A DNA stretch of 63,803 bases, the filler included, from Folioceros fuciformis (Eukaryota), in the NCBI GenBank assembly GCA_049999805.1. It is 5 parts of 4 records of this genome, joined end to end, with 100 filler letters (N's around TTAATTAATTAA, not from the genome) between each part and the next. Parts side by side here need not be neighbours in the genome. Positions count along the whole stretch, not along the records: positions 22,028 to 40,674 come from JBNGIO010006142.1; 4 more parts are not named here. One strand, given 5' to 3'. Position numbers and translations under genes: made by a program. Under the pieces are notes generated by a model. It searched no databases and was not told where the DNA came from. It saw only the letters and a list, made by a program, of their open reading frames with translations. Of this stretch, positions 25,800 through 38,346 are shown one piece after another (the stretch's first letter is position 1; every line of letters starts with the position of its first letter).

Positions 25800-26115
25800 A
25801 CCATGTGTGAAAGTAAGCATCACATGATTGCTATTTGAGATATAGACATCAAATTGGCCAAATGCTAGCACCAAGGTAGGCATTGCAGGATTGCTTGAGA
25901 TTAGCCAACAATTAATGGAATGCTGTCTACTTTGTGAGATTAGCCAACAATTAATGGAATGCTGCCTACCAAAGTAGGCACCGATGAATTGCTTGAGATT
26001 AGCCAATAATTAGTGGATTGATATGCACCAAGGTAAGCACCTCATGATTACTTGAGATACAGCCAGCAATTAAGAGAATGCTATGTACAAAGAGAAGGGC
26101 AGCACACGATTGCTT
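25800..26115. repeat. Degenerate tandem repeat of about 40-60 bp units
   Basis: Recurrent TTGAGATTAGCCAACAATTAATGGAATGCT and CACCAAGGTAGGCA blocks. Confidence 0.7.
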
Positions 26116-26546
26116 TATCGTGCATTACATGTTTAAGCCTCCTTAATTTATCCCTCTCCCTTACACCCGGTATACTGGTTTGGAGCATTCCGTGTGAACC
26201 TTCGGACTGGCACATTTCATAAAAATATTTTTGGTACATCCTAAGAATAGGGTTTGGTTACCTTGTACATACATACAGTACGTCTTAAGGTATCGTGGCA
26301 GTAGGGAAAGTCGACGTGCTCCAATAGCTTTTTCCTATCCTGGATGGGGGGTCAGCGTCGGAGAGTGCCGTTAAAGGCTTCCTGGCTTGCCTACACAAGT
26401 GTTCTTGTTGCTCCCGGCACCTCCCCGTACGTGGATTTTTGTGAATCGGACCGTTCGTGAGGGACGACTACGGGGTGCGGTCCATCTTGTGACCTTCATC
26501 TGGCTTGACGAGATTTTTTTCTCAGCCTGCTCTCGGTCTGGTTATC

Positions 26547-27899
26547 ATGGGACTTCTCTCGAACCGACTGCCCAAGGATGAGTTGCAACCCGGGGACCAC
26601 ATCTATTCATGGCGGTCTGCTTACACTTACGCGCACCACGGTATGAGCGTCTCCATTGTTTGCAATTTTCTGCTTTCCGTTTCAGAGAATTCCTGTTGTT
26701 TCTCTTCTGAATTTTTGGTTTTTGCCGGGGCCTTGGCTGACACGGGAATCAGCGCGAGTATGGTTAGGTTTATATCGTGCAACCTCTCTGCGCGAGATGT
26801 ATGAAGCTGACATTTTTTACATTTGAAGAGTTGTTGGTTTGCCCCTTGTAGACGTTACAGACGTGGCTACCCGTGTCTGGATGGATGTAAATGGTTACAT
26901 TGATACTGCCGTGTTTTGAGTGCGAAAGTTTGAATCTGCTGACTCTTGCCGTAGACGACACTGGCCCGATGTGTCAGTGTGCTGTGATGTGGAAGTATGT
27001 GCTGCATTTTGTCTGGTTAAGGTCAAACCTAGTAAACATGCAGAGAAGTGCAAAAACACAATTTTCGTGGGGGGAGTGTTGTCTATGTGCTTGCTGGGGG
27101 GTGCTGCCGAATTGTTTATTGAATAATCAAGGGTGTTTTTGCAATGATAATTGCTCCGTCTTGGCATCGTCACTGATTTCGGGTTCAAAATGCAGGGATC
27201 TACATTGGGGATGGGCAGGTCATCCATTTCACACGAGGACGTGATCAAGAGCTGGGAACTGGCACCGTTTTTGATTTGGCACTTTCTAGTTCTCGGCCAA
27301 GTGCAGCAGAGGGCCCTTGTCAAATCTGTGGTGCAAGTGGAGCCTCTCATGGAGTGGTTCTCTCGTGCCTCAACTGTTTCCTGGCAGGATTTCCACTGTA
27401 TCGTTTTGAGTATGGGACCAGCGTTCCGGTATTCCTAGCGAAGGCACGTGGGGGTACATGCACCCTTGCATTGTCAGATCCTCCTGAGCTCGTCCTCCAC
27501 AGAGCTAAGTATTTGTTCAGTAACGGGTTTGGATGCTATCACATCTTCAGGAACAACTGTGAGGACTTCGCCATTTATTGTAAGACTGGACTGCTCGTCA
27601 TTCAAAGAAATGTGATTGGACGAAGCGGACAGGCCGCATCCATACTTGGAGCCCCTTTTGCGGCAGTCGTTTCTTCTCCGCTTAAGTTCATGGTTTCAAG
27701 TCCTTGGGGGATGGCTCTGGTGGGAGCAGGTGTGTATTGTTTCAGCAGATATGCTACGGACATCGGGACAAGGCAAGACGTCGCGAAAGTGCCCGTAGAG
27801 GACTTGGCGGTTAATCTAGGATGGTCCGTCATCACGACTCCTGCTGGAGAAACTGCAACTATGGCAGTGCCTCTAGTGGATCTTACTCGGTTGAGTTGA
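26547..27899 (+). CDS. LRAT-like/NC-domain protein (permuted NlpC/P60 fold), copy 2; exons 26547-26640 and 27196-27899; 265 aa
   Basis: Intact spliced frame with an H-box, the NCEDF catalytic Cys and a C-terminal hydrophobic segment. Confidence 0.92.
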
Positions 27900-28116
27900 G
27901 AGTGGGCTGGAGCCAGTTTTTGTGCTTCCGTGTGGAAGGGTCGTGGAATGGGTTTGCGTGCGAGTATTTAATGTTGAAAATTCTCCACAGTAGGGGAGGT
28001 TGTTCTGGTGAGGCCCACAATATTCTTGCCCTTGGCTTTATCGGGATGAATGTTGCCTTGAGCTGAGCATGAACTATTTAACCCAGACTGAAAATAGAAG
28101 CTGACATTCTCGAGCT

Positions 28117-29693
28117 TTATGACAGATTAGAAATCAAAATCTCCTCAAATGTGTCTACGTATTCCTGGATCTTCTTCCTAGAGAAGAGAGGAGAAGGGAA
28201 CATCACGTTACACCTTAAGCGGCCTTCTTCCAGAAAATAGAATAATCCTAGACAAGGTCCAACACCGTGTGTTGAAGAGCTTATGAGGCGGTCTTTTACT
28301 TGAAGAGCTGCCAACTCTGCACTCAAGTCAACAGCCGGAGCAGAGTGATCCATGGAGATGAGAGCAGTTCGCATGCTTCCATGAGGGGTCAAACCTGGGT
28401 GATGAATTGCTTGAACCATAAACATGGCCAAGACGCCCATGTCTGTAAATTGCTTGTTGTTCTTGAGCAGATCATTGAAGTCCTTTGTGGACTTGGCCGC
28501 TAGCTGCCAGAAGTTATCCGTCTCGTTCACATGGGTAGTCTTCAGCAGCGCAGAGTTGTAGAAACCTGCAGGTAGCCAGCAGATTGTAGAGCATATTGAA
28601 AGAAGGGGGTCACCTGACAAGCTGAGAGTGGAACTAAACAGACACAATACCTGCAGCATTCGCAGGGATGACAGGATCAAGGCTGGCTCGGCAGTTGTAC
28701 AGAACAGCTGCAGCATAATGCTCTCCTCTGTTGCCTGTTTTTTTTACTTGCGCAGTGGCTTTCATCCAAGCAGCAACCAACACTCCATATAGATCTGTAT
28801 TCTTCTGAGAGATGGCCTGCAGGGACGTAGAACTTCAGAAGGGGTACATTGTGAGGTCTGCAGCCCAAGCACACGTGTTACGAGGCAGTGTATACCTGCA
28901 GCAGAGTATCTGTGCGCTCTCGAGATAGCTCTGTCCGTATAAGACGGGTCTTACGGGCTTCCTCTGTATTCTCAAATGGGAGGTAGGCAAATCGCCTTGA
29001 AACCAATCCATACCCAAGGGCATCCACACCATGGGCCCAGAAGGGCTTCTTGGACTTCTCTGGAGGAACAGCACTCTCGATTGAGGGGAGGTCCCACTGT
29101 TCCACCGACACCCCTGTCTCCTCTGAAGCCCCGGAGACTCGATTAAGTTTGTCAAATACCTCCTCAAGGTTTTCGCACTCCTGATATTGCTTCAGATCCC
29201 GCAACAGCTGCGAGACCAACGCCGAAGTACCATACATGTCAGACACCGCAGAGTGCAACCTGAGCAGCAGCAGGGTATCCTCCTTCGCAAGATTGTAGAT
29301 GCGCGCTTGAAAAACAGGCAGCGGCTTCTGCGCTCTATTCAACTCCTCCTCCACAATAGCCAGCCACTGCTCAGTCGCGTCATCATCATCAACGAGGGCA
29401 GGATCCAGCTCACCGACCTCAGTTCTATCCAATACAGCAACCTTTACATCAGGCACCGCATCGGCAATTTCAAACCAAAGTTGTTGCTCCTTCTTCACAA
29501 TCTCCGATCTGAACAGGGGCTGCGAGGCCAGCAAGCTCCGCAGCGACGCTTCCACGGCTGCCAGTTTCAGGCGTTGCCCGAACAAGATTCCCACAATAGT
29601 GTACCCGGTGCCTCCCTCGACAGCGAGACACCAGTTGCTCTCTATGCTCCCAAGCTGCCGAGATGGTGCAGTCCTGAATGTCAGCGACGCCAT
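28117..29693 (-). CDS. Condensation-domain/CoA-dependent acyltransferase-fold protein; exons 29693-28896, 28816-28651, 28565-28117; about 470 aa
   Basis: The frame is preserved across two GT-AG introns. Motifs: RQLGSIESNWC.AV.GGTG, LRLHSAVSD (HHxxxD-like), NCR..LDP...GFYNSA, HGVGPCL, PSPLFSR. Matches my recollection of an uncharacterised plant family. Confidence 0.8.
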
Positions 29694-30475
29694 CGCCGAT
29701 CCCGCTGGACGAGGAAACGAGGTCCTTTCAGTGGACACTCACTCCAGCTCAAATAATAGAGCCTGGCTGGACCCTCAAGTGCAGCAATCAGCTCGAGCTC
29801 TTCATTGCCCACCAGACAAACGCCGTATCGAGCATCTTTCATTCCAAAGAGTGGCCGCTTCCGCTACGCTGCTCCATTCCCGGCATTCCTGGATTAGGAC
29901 AATCGGCAGCACCGGAGGGAGCTTGGGGTCTGCCTACTCAGCTTTCGGGAGTTCTTCCACAGAAACGATTGAGTCTAAATTGCGGTGACGTATATTCCTT
30001 CATGTGCTACTACTCATATAAAACTATCCCCGGGCAATGCGCTTGTCCCATCAAGTATCTGGAAGAAGGAAGCCAAAGACACACGGAAACAAATGTGAGT
30101 ACTTTACCGATGCACCGACCTTGGCATCAGTGCCACTTTCACTCTCATCCGCCTCAGCATCCTAGAGCATCCTAAAGACTTGGAAGACGTGGGTAGGCGT
30201 CATTCAGCACACTGTTTTCTCAAGTTACTGCAGAAAAATCCCTGTGACAGCCGCTCGATAATGGTGAAATGTCCAGTGGACAGACCATGTGGGTAACCGG
30301 TTCCCGGACAGAAGATGCGTTCAACCGGATGCAGAGTAGGCAACCCTGAAATGCGTCCACCCCGATGGAGAGGTGATGGATTACCAGGTCGTTTCATTGG
30401 GTCAACGATAAGAGCCTGTCAGTTCTTCATCTCCTTACGAACATGCAACATCATTATCTAGGACAAGTTTCGTCT

Positions 30476-33400
30476 TTAGGTGCCCCTAGCTGATGTGAAT
30501 CTGGTATGCAGAAGCTGCAAAACAGAGTCAACATCAGGAAGCCGAGCCAGTCCCAGAGGCACGAGAAATGACAGCATGCCGACGGAACTTGCTGTGATCA
30601 CTGACATGACATCTACAGCCCACGCCACCCTGCAACGACAATCTCCAGTCTGAGAATCGCAGCTCGTGTTCTGACCAGCAAACTCGTGAATCAATGCCAC
30701 TAATCAAACTCACTTTGACGAGGAGGTTGATGACAGTAGGGGCGTCATGACGTTTGATAAGACCCACGTTGAATGATGGTATGTAAATTTAGTGACTACC
30801 GCGGCAACGGCACCTGCGAATGCTGGATACATAACTGGCCGCATCCAATCGCGAGGGGACAATCCTAAGACAAGGGAGGACAACTTAGTCGTTTTAGGAG
30901 CTTGTGCGTCGTACAATTGCACCATAAGCATATATGTCGGAAGCAAGGAAGCCACATGAGACATCCCACTCTTGCAGAAAAAAATTCTGCGCGTGGATAA
31001 GCTTACCACCAAGGCGCTGAGAAAGGATCAGTAGCAACGCAATCGCAGAAGCCAGGTTCACTGTTACTGTTGCTATCACCTGCAACCGTGACAAGTGAGG
31101 AGAAAAACACAGCAGCAAAAGGTGGCTTGTAATAATGCAGCTGAGGGGAGGCCCCACCAGACCAGAGGCACCTAATCCAGCGAATCGTACGAGAACCCAA
31201 TCTAGAGCAGCGTTTACACAGATTGCTGCTACACTGATGTAGAAGGGTATCCGTCCTTCCCCGAGGGCATAGAATACCCTCACAAGCAAATCGCGAGCCA
31301 GGTAAAATGTAGAGCCTGAAACGTCTGTCATTGTGACCCGGACAACAAGGTTACACTACCGGGATGATATGCCCGAGATCCGTTGTAAAGATAGCTGCTC
31401 ATAGCACTTGGGGCAAGGGAACACTCACATAAAGCTAGTAGAGACGATACTTGAATGGATGCAGATGCATCAAAAGAATACCGTTGAAAGACAAGCCTCA
31501 CTACTGGCTGTGCCAATGGCACTACAACAGCTGTCAAGAGCAAGGTAAGAGCCTGCACGGAACTCACATGTTAGCGCAATTGAGGTCATGCAGCGATTTC
31601 ATGGATTTAGGCTGGATTCGAGAAGACCACCGTTGACAGGAGGAGCCCTTGCTGCACTTTTTTTTCCAGTTCTGGCCATTCAGAAGGCTACACCAACCAG
31701 AACGTTTTGTACGTCGAATCAACACACAGCCAGTTCCTCATGATTCAAAGCATACGAAGCATCAACAGCGAACACGGTGAAACAAAGTACCTGAGACAGA
31801 CGAGAAAAAATCGGTAGAAGGGGAAGTAGGACAGAACTGGACAAAATACCAACAGGGGCCATGGCCAATAAGTTGGCATCTGTGACATCAACGACTGATC
31901 ACTCTTAGCCACACACTTAGATGTAAACTTCGCAGAAAACTGAATGTCCTTAGCTCGCAAAAAGAAGCTCCAACAACAGCCAAGGAAACGTAAAAAGGCT
32001 CTGCTAAGTTCAACTAGAAATGGAATGCTTACACCCAAGAGCTGCAGCAGCACCGGGGATGAAGGAGGCAAAATAAAGGTCTGTAAACGTTGCAATTTGA
32101 AGCATGCCTGAACCGAACGCTGCAGGCAACAAAACTGCCAACACCTGCCAGGTAATGCAAAGATTTATCTATGCATGGAGGATGCGCAGCTTGTCACTGC
32201 CATATAGGCTGGAAAATGGTGCAGCATTGATACTGCATGCATGCAAATCAATACCTCCCCAACATCCTTATCTCCAAAAGGGTTACCGAACCAAATGCGA
32301 CCTGAGCCGTAACCTGCTTTATGTTGCTCCTTAGCCTGCATAACATTTAAAGGGTGCGGATTAACCACTAGTTTTGTGCACTAGACGGAATTGACTGTTG
32401 ATGGAAACATTAGTTGCTCGGTTACAATCCAAATAAACTGGTAAACCAACCATGAGAAGCCATTGCAATGAAGCTCCAAAGATCGCCCCAGCAGCAATGA
32501 AAATGCCACCTAAACAGGTGGTTTCAGGAAATGTAAATTCCTACACGATCCTCTCTGTGGACCAGATACAATTCTATTCATAACCGACCAAAACAGAAAA
32601 TTCGGGGTCAGCACTGATACCTGGAATTAGGTTATGAGACGCAGTAGCCATCGGGCCACACAGGACTGTATGAGCAGCTAGCTGCATTTGCCACATCACA
32701 GGAAAACACAAGAACTGTGAAAACTGGAAATTTATGAAGGTCAGGGTAATGACCATTTACAACAAAGAAACGATCTCAGCCAAAAACAGTGCTTACTGCT
32801 CCTAGTATAGTGACACTGCTAAGTGCTGGCACAATAGATGTTATCCCATAAACACCACAAGAGCTGAGTCATTCAGAACAAGAAAGCAGCTTGAGAGCAT
32901 AAAAAAGCAAGTTGCGTCAGTACTACAGAATCCAGAGCCTCTAAGCTGTGTGGCTCATACTGCAGAAGAGGACCACAAAAGACTTCACTCAAACCCACCT
33001 CAGGATACCAAAGGCGACACCAATACCAGCCGAGAGCAATGCACAAGGAGACATGATTTTGAGCTGAATGCACACACAGAGAGTTGTGGTAAACCAGGAA
33101 CTACGACAGGAGTTGAATGTTTCAAATGAAGTGAGATAGACTAGGAGTCTGCCAGGTAAATTGGACCCATCTGAATAGCACACATAATCGTTCTCACAAA
33201 TACTGACCTGCACAATCGCAATATCTCTACAAAGTCTTCCATTGGAAAATTGTGGCACTAGTAGTCTACATAAGTCCAGAAACATACCACTATGAGCCCA
33301 AAGAGGGAAATACTGAAAGCGAGTCCAAGTCATATACATGAGGCCTTTCACACAGGATTCTCGCAACATGGTTCAGCTCAAAACATGGAGATTTCTGGAA

Positions 33401-34632
33401 ACCTTCAGTGTGCAGGCCTGGAGCATCAGGTTAATGTGATCACCCAGGAGCGATGGTGTCGATGATGTTGCCAGCAAACACATAAATACAAATACTGACA
33501 GCAGAACATGCCTGTAAAATCGCCGTCAGAGTACAATATTAACCCAGCGGGGCTTGCAAGGTTGTTCACATATCACGCATCTTTCATTCATACCAACAAA
33601 AGTATGGCAGACACTTTCTCGATTAAAAGTCTCCCTTCCTGCTGGCTGCGCTTACTGCACTCACAGCACGCAGGCACTCAGGTTAAAGCGGCTAGTACAG
33701 ATTACCAGTCTATAGCAAGGGTATCTTGGCAAAGCTATGGTCCGCAAACTAGCACCTCAAAGAAGCAGTTACTGCCAGATGAATTGGCCCATTGACGCCT
33801 GAAAGTTAACAGCCAATAATGTTAACTCCACTGGCATTGTCGCCTGAATGCAATTATAAAAAGGTGTTTTCAACCAAAGGGGAACACAGAGCAAACAGAA
33901 TATACCGCCTAGGAGAGACATAAATATGCTTGGAACAATAAAAGAGTAGCTGCGCACACAAGTCAAGACCCACACGGAGACGTAGCTCTGTCAGACTACT
34001 TTCTAGTACCAGTGGTGAGCAAGGAGCACCTCAGAGGAACAAAGAAAACACACTTGAAAGCCGTGACTACTGGGCCAACCCCAAAAACTGCTGCCAAAGC
34101 TGTCTCACGAGCCATTCCCTGCCACCAGAAAATTGGATGGTAAAGCTAGAAGAAGCCCAGTAACCAGAAAATGATGCAGACACGATGCCGGATGACGTCT
34201 GTGGCAGCTAACTCACCAGAACTTTGCTGAAGGCTGTGGCTCCTCCAACTATGCCCGCAATTTCCAGTAAACCCCCTGAGAACAAACATCCGTACTAAGC
34301 GTAGAGTCTCCCACACGCTCCACATCACCAAATAATTCGAAGGAGCTGGTAGCTTAAAGCTTACTGCTCTCGTTCTTCCTGTCCTCAATGAGCTCTGAGG
34401 CTGTAGAAGTGGAGCCATCCTCGAACGGCTCCTGTATTTGGCAATTAATCCCTCGAACACTACGTCCAATAGAGAGCTTTGATACCAGCTTCAGAGACAA
34501 TCCCCGAAAAGACCTCCTACTATCGAGGCCGGCACCAGGAGAAACGACAGATGACGTGGTAACGGACTGAACCCAGAAAAACGGCGATGGATGTTGGCGG
34601 CAACAGACCGATGCTTTCCCAAGAATCACCAT
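30476..34632 (-). CDS. MurJ: Lipid II flippase MurJ/MviN, multi-exon, with putative plastid transit peptide
   Basis: Exon peptides: IAGIVGGATAFSKVL, GMARETALAAVFGVGPVVTAF, YSFIVPSIFMSLLGG, VNGPIH, PLAQPVVRLVFQRYSFDASAS, ARDLLVRVFYALGEGRIPFYIS..NAALDW..GLGASGL. First exon is Ser/Arg-rich. Not every exon was mapped. Confidence 0.9.
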
Positions 34633-34913
34633 CGGCGACACCTGAAACTCGCCTGCCTGTCCCCGAAAATTGTTCGTAGGAACCTCTCCAGGTCAGAGCG
34701 AGCACACGTCACAGTGGTGACACTGTGTCCCTTCTAATCCGGTACAGAAGCCGTACGCATCTGGACTGCATTGCTGGCCGAGCATTCCAAATCGCACCTG
34801 GTCTGCTGCCTCGAGCTTCTGTTGGCTCGCACCTGGTCTCCTTCCTTGAACTTCTGCTGGGATTGTGGCACACAGATTGAAAGCAGTGCAATCGAGAGCA
34901 GGAGCAGGCAAAG

Positions 34914-35285
34914 ATGTCGTTGCCAACTCCCGAGCGCAAGAGGCCGATAATGGCCAGGCTGCCGCCGATGAGACCGATCTGGATAGACCCTAATGCTAAG
35001 GTGTACTCACCGCAAGGGCGATGGGCTCGCAAGAACTCCGACGTCACAGTTCTGTACCACGAGAGACCAGCAGCTCAGTGCGGCTACTTGGTGCCCTACG
35101 ATCCCAGAGCACGGCCTCCCAACCAGTATGACGTCATGCCGCAGATCTGGCCTGTGACGGAGGTGTATGACGTGCTTGAAGGCTACACTATCCCCATGGA
35201 CTGCAGAAGGTGGGATGTTGCAACGCCCATCACGGCACGCACCCGCCGCCCTCCCAGATGTATCACACCCATCCAACTAGCTTAG
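34914..35285 (+). CDS. Hypothetical 123-aa Pro/Arg/aromatic-rich protein
   Basis: ATG in AAGATGTC context, intact frame, GC3-rich codon use, no recognised domain. Confidence 0.5.
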   Translation: MSLPTPERKRPIMARLPPMRPIWIDPNAKVYSPQGRWARKNSDVTVLYHERPAAQCGYLVPYDPRARPPNQYDVMPQIWPVTEVYDVLEGYTIPMDCRRWDVATPITARTRRPPRCITPIQLA

Positions 35286-36055
35286 ACGCAGGAATCTTCC
35301 GGGAAGCAGGAGGTTGTCGCCCATCTTGGTCACGATGATGACACCACAAGAAGAAGTGCAGCCAGAGGAATAACTAGGTTTTCCAGCTCCACATGCGTGC
35401 GATGATGGCTCTGTGGCATCCAGCTGGACTCAGCCATGTCCGTCTTTGTGGAACTGCCAAGTCAGTCACTGGCCCAGACATCAGATCAACTGGGTCTAGG
35501 GGACCGCAGTCAGGGGAAGATGGACGGCTCTAGGGGAAAGGTACAAGGCAAGAGTTGATTTCAGGGGGCAAGCGATCGTGACGTTTGTTGGCCCGTCACA
35601 GGTCAAGAGTACACATTGGAAATGTCCTCAAGATCGCGCCGCAAACATCCCTTCATCATCCCATCGTTGATGCATCTTATCCCACGCATACCTCATCATC
35701 CAATTACGCATGTCGACGAGGAGAAGCAGCTTCAGTGTTCCTTCCTTCCCTTCCCGCGCCGCCCGAGCGAGCACTCGCAGTGACAGGGCGACTTTGTTCC
35801 TGACATCCATCCCCTGAGCCAAAATAGGAAATCTGTGGGATTTGGAAATTCGACTCTTCAAGCAGAAGAATTCGCCCCACCCGAAGAAAGAAAGGGCGGA
35901 ATCAAGGGACAATCTTGTCCCAATTTGGGAAGCGGGAACGTCGAGATTGAAGACTATATAAGCATACGTGTTGACTTGCCCGTCAAACGCTCGTGTTGTG
36001 TTGTGACTCGACAATCGGGTGTTGTGGTAATCCTACATACGTATTTTGCAAGACG

Positions 36056-37794
36056 ATGGAGTCGAGGAAAACATCAGTGGTTCTGGCCACCGTAGCTGGA
36101 GTCGTTGCATTCTCTGCCTCTCTGTCATTCCGATGGCATGCTAGGCAGCTGGTTTCACGTGCTGTACATTTCCTCACGAGAATGGTGAGCGGGAGCAGCA
36201 AAGGGGCCCCTTCGATGGGAACTGGGGTGCTGGGACTGATTGGAAACACGCCTTTGATCAAGATTCGGAGCCTCAGCGAAGCTACTGGCTGCGAGGTCGG
36301 ATTTTGCTTTTGCTTCTGCGCTGCCTGGTCTGGAGGAAGGGTGAAGGTGGTCACGTCTGGTTTGCTATGGTGCAGATTTTGGGAAAGGCAGAGTTTATGA
36401 ATCCGGGCGGAAGCGTGAAAGACCGTATCGCAGTGAAGATTATCGAGGAGGTGAGGAATCAAATTTTGTGGGTTGTTCCTGGTGTTCCTTGTTGCCTCAG
36501 GCGTCTGAGGCAGTTTTCCGGTGCAGGCATTGGCATCCGGGTTACTCGTTTCCGGAGGGTTGGTCACTGAAGGGAGTGCTGGCAGCACTGGGGTGAGCTT
36601 GGCTATGGTAGCCAGGGCTTATGGGTGTACGTGCCATGTGGTGATTCCAGATGATGCAGCCATAGAAAAGGTTGGGTTTTCGTTCCTGTCCTTAAATGTG
36701 CATTGACGTCTGCCTGCTTTTGGATTTTTCACCTGATGGGAAGCGTCTCGGCACCCCAAAGGGACTGAGACTGCAGCAGACATCAGGCTTGCGGCTACCC
36801 TGATGGGCAGTGAGGTACCCAGCCCACGTGCTCCGCTCATGCTTCCAAATGCTGTAAAAAGCTTCGATTTTATCTTACCTCCAGAACTTTTTCTCATGTC
36901 AGGCCCAGCTGCTAGAAGCACTCGGAGCAAGAGTGGAGAGAGTGAGGCCAGTGTCCATCGCACACAGGGAGCATTTCGTTAATGTTGCCCGCAGAAGAGC
37001 TGAGGATGGAGGCTTCTTTGCTGACCAGTTTGAAAATCTGGCCAACTTTCGTGCACATTATTTCGGCACAGGTCCTGAGATCTGGAAGCAGAGCCAAGGC
37101 AAGATTGACGCCTTTGTTGCTGCTGCGGGAACTGGTGGAACCCTGGCTGGCGTTTCCTGCTTTCTCAAGGTACCAAGAGACTTGCAGCCAAGTTCTGGCA
37201 CGCAAACTTAGGGTGCGTTGTGTGTCAGGCGACTGATGACGAGTTATTGCAGGAAAAATGTCAGTCGGTGAAATGCTACCTGATCGACCCACCAGGCTCT
37301 GGCCTCTTCAACAAGGTGGTACGTGGTGTGATGTATACTCGAGAAGAAGCTGAGGGCAAGCGATTGAAGAATCCCTTTGATACCGTTACTGAGGGCATCG
37401 GCATAAACAGGATAACTGCGAACTTCAAATTGGCAAAAGTTGATGGTGCATTTCGTGGAACAGATCTAGAGGCTGTGGAGATGGCTAGGTACGTGAAACT
37501 TGCCTGCTGTTCAATGTGCTGTGCTGCTCTGCCTGTTGCTGCTGAGCAGGTTGCTCTGTGACGGTGCTCAGGTTCCTATTGAAGAATGAGGGCCTTTTCG
37601 TAGGCAGCTCTTCGGCAATGAACTGTGTTGGTGCAGTTCGTGTGGCGAAGTTGCTTGGCCCTGGGCATACCATCGTGACCATCCTGTGTGATGGTGGAGC
37701 TCGTCACTTAAGCAAGTTCCAGAACCCTGACTACTTGGCAGCTCATGGGTTGACACCAACAGCATCAGGACTGGAGTTTCTGATCGAAAATTGA
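36056..37794 (+). CDS. Cysteine-synthase-like PLP enzyme (cysteine synthase 2/MCY1 type), multi-exon
   Basis: LIGNTPLI, KAEFMNPGGSVKDR (PLP lysine), EGSAGSTG, DQFENLAN, AGTGGTLAG, TEGIG, EGLFVGSSS, VTILCDGG. N-terminal hydrophobic anchor. Confidence 0.93.
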
Positions 37795-38112
37795 CTTCCA
37801 TGCAGTCTCCGGAGTGATGGGAAAAATCTACAACATCCGCTATCCAGGAACAGGGTTTGCCGTTGGCAGGATTTGGGACTTCGCAGAAAAGTTGAGGTGC
37901 CGGAGGCCGGCAGCTGAGGCAGAAAGCGTTGGACATGAACATGAGCAGGTGCTTGCTGTGGAAGACATACGCGGTTTTGCTTCTCTACTCTCAGATGTAA
38001 CAAGCAGCACCTGAATAGGATTTGCCATGGCTGAAGGTGTTATTATCACAGGTGGAGAATACTTGGCGAGCTGGCGGATAGATTTCTCAAAGCCCAGGAG
38101 CCTAGGTGGCGA

Positions 38113-38346
38113 GTCCCTATCAAAGCTATCAAGACGAGGGTTCGCTTGAACAAGCACGGCATTGCCACATGGGGATGAACTTCCATTTCCGTCCCTATCA
38201 AAGCTATCAAGACGAGGGTTGGCATGAACAAGCACGGCTTTGCCACATGGGGCTGAACTTCCATCTCCGTCCCTATCAAAGCTATCAAGACGAAGGTTGG
38301 CATGAACAAGCACGGCATTGCCACATGGGGCTGAACTTCCATCTCC
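38113..38346. repeat. 3 x 78-bp tandem repeat
   Basis: Units start at 38113, 38191 and 38269 (GTCCCTATCAAAGCTATCAAGACG...). Confidence 0.95.

Noticed and set aside
30244..30422. Possible MITE or hairpin bounded by TGACAG...CTGTCA
   Set aside because: Complementarity is short and imperfect, and no TSD was found
30476..34632. Bacterial contamination or recent HGT as the source of murJ
   Set aside because: It has many spliceosomal introns, a transit-peptide-like exon and plant gene neighbours on the same contig
38113..38346. CRISPR-like array
   Set aside because: The units are contiguous tandem copies without unique spacers, there are no cas genes, and the context is eukaryotic
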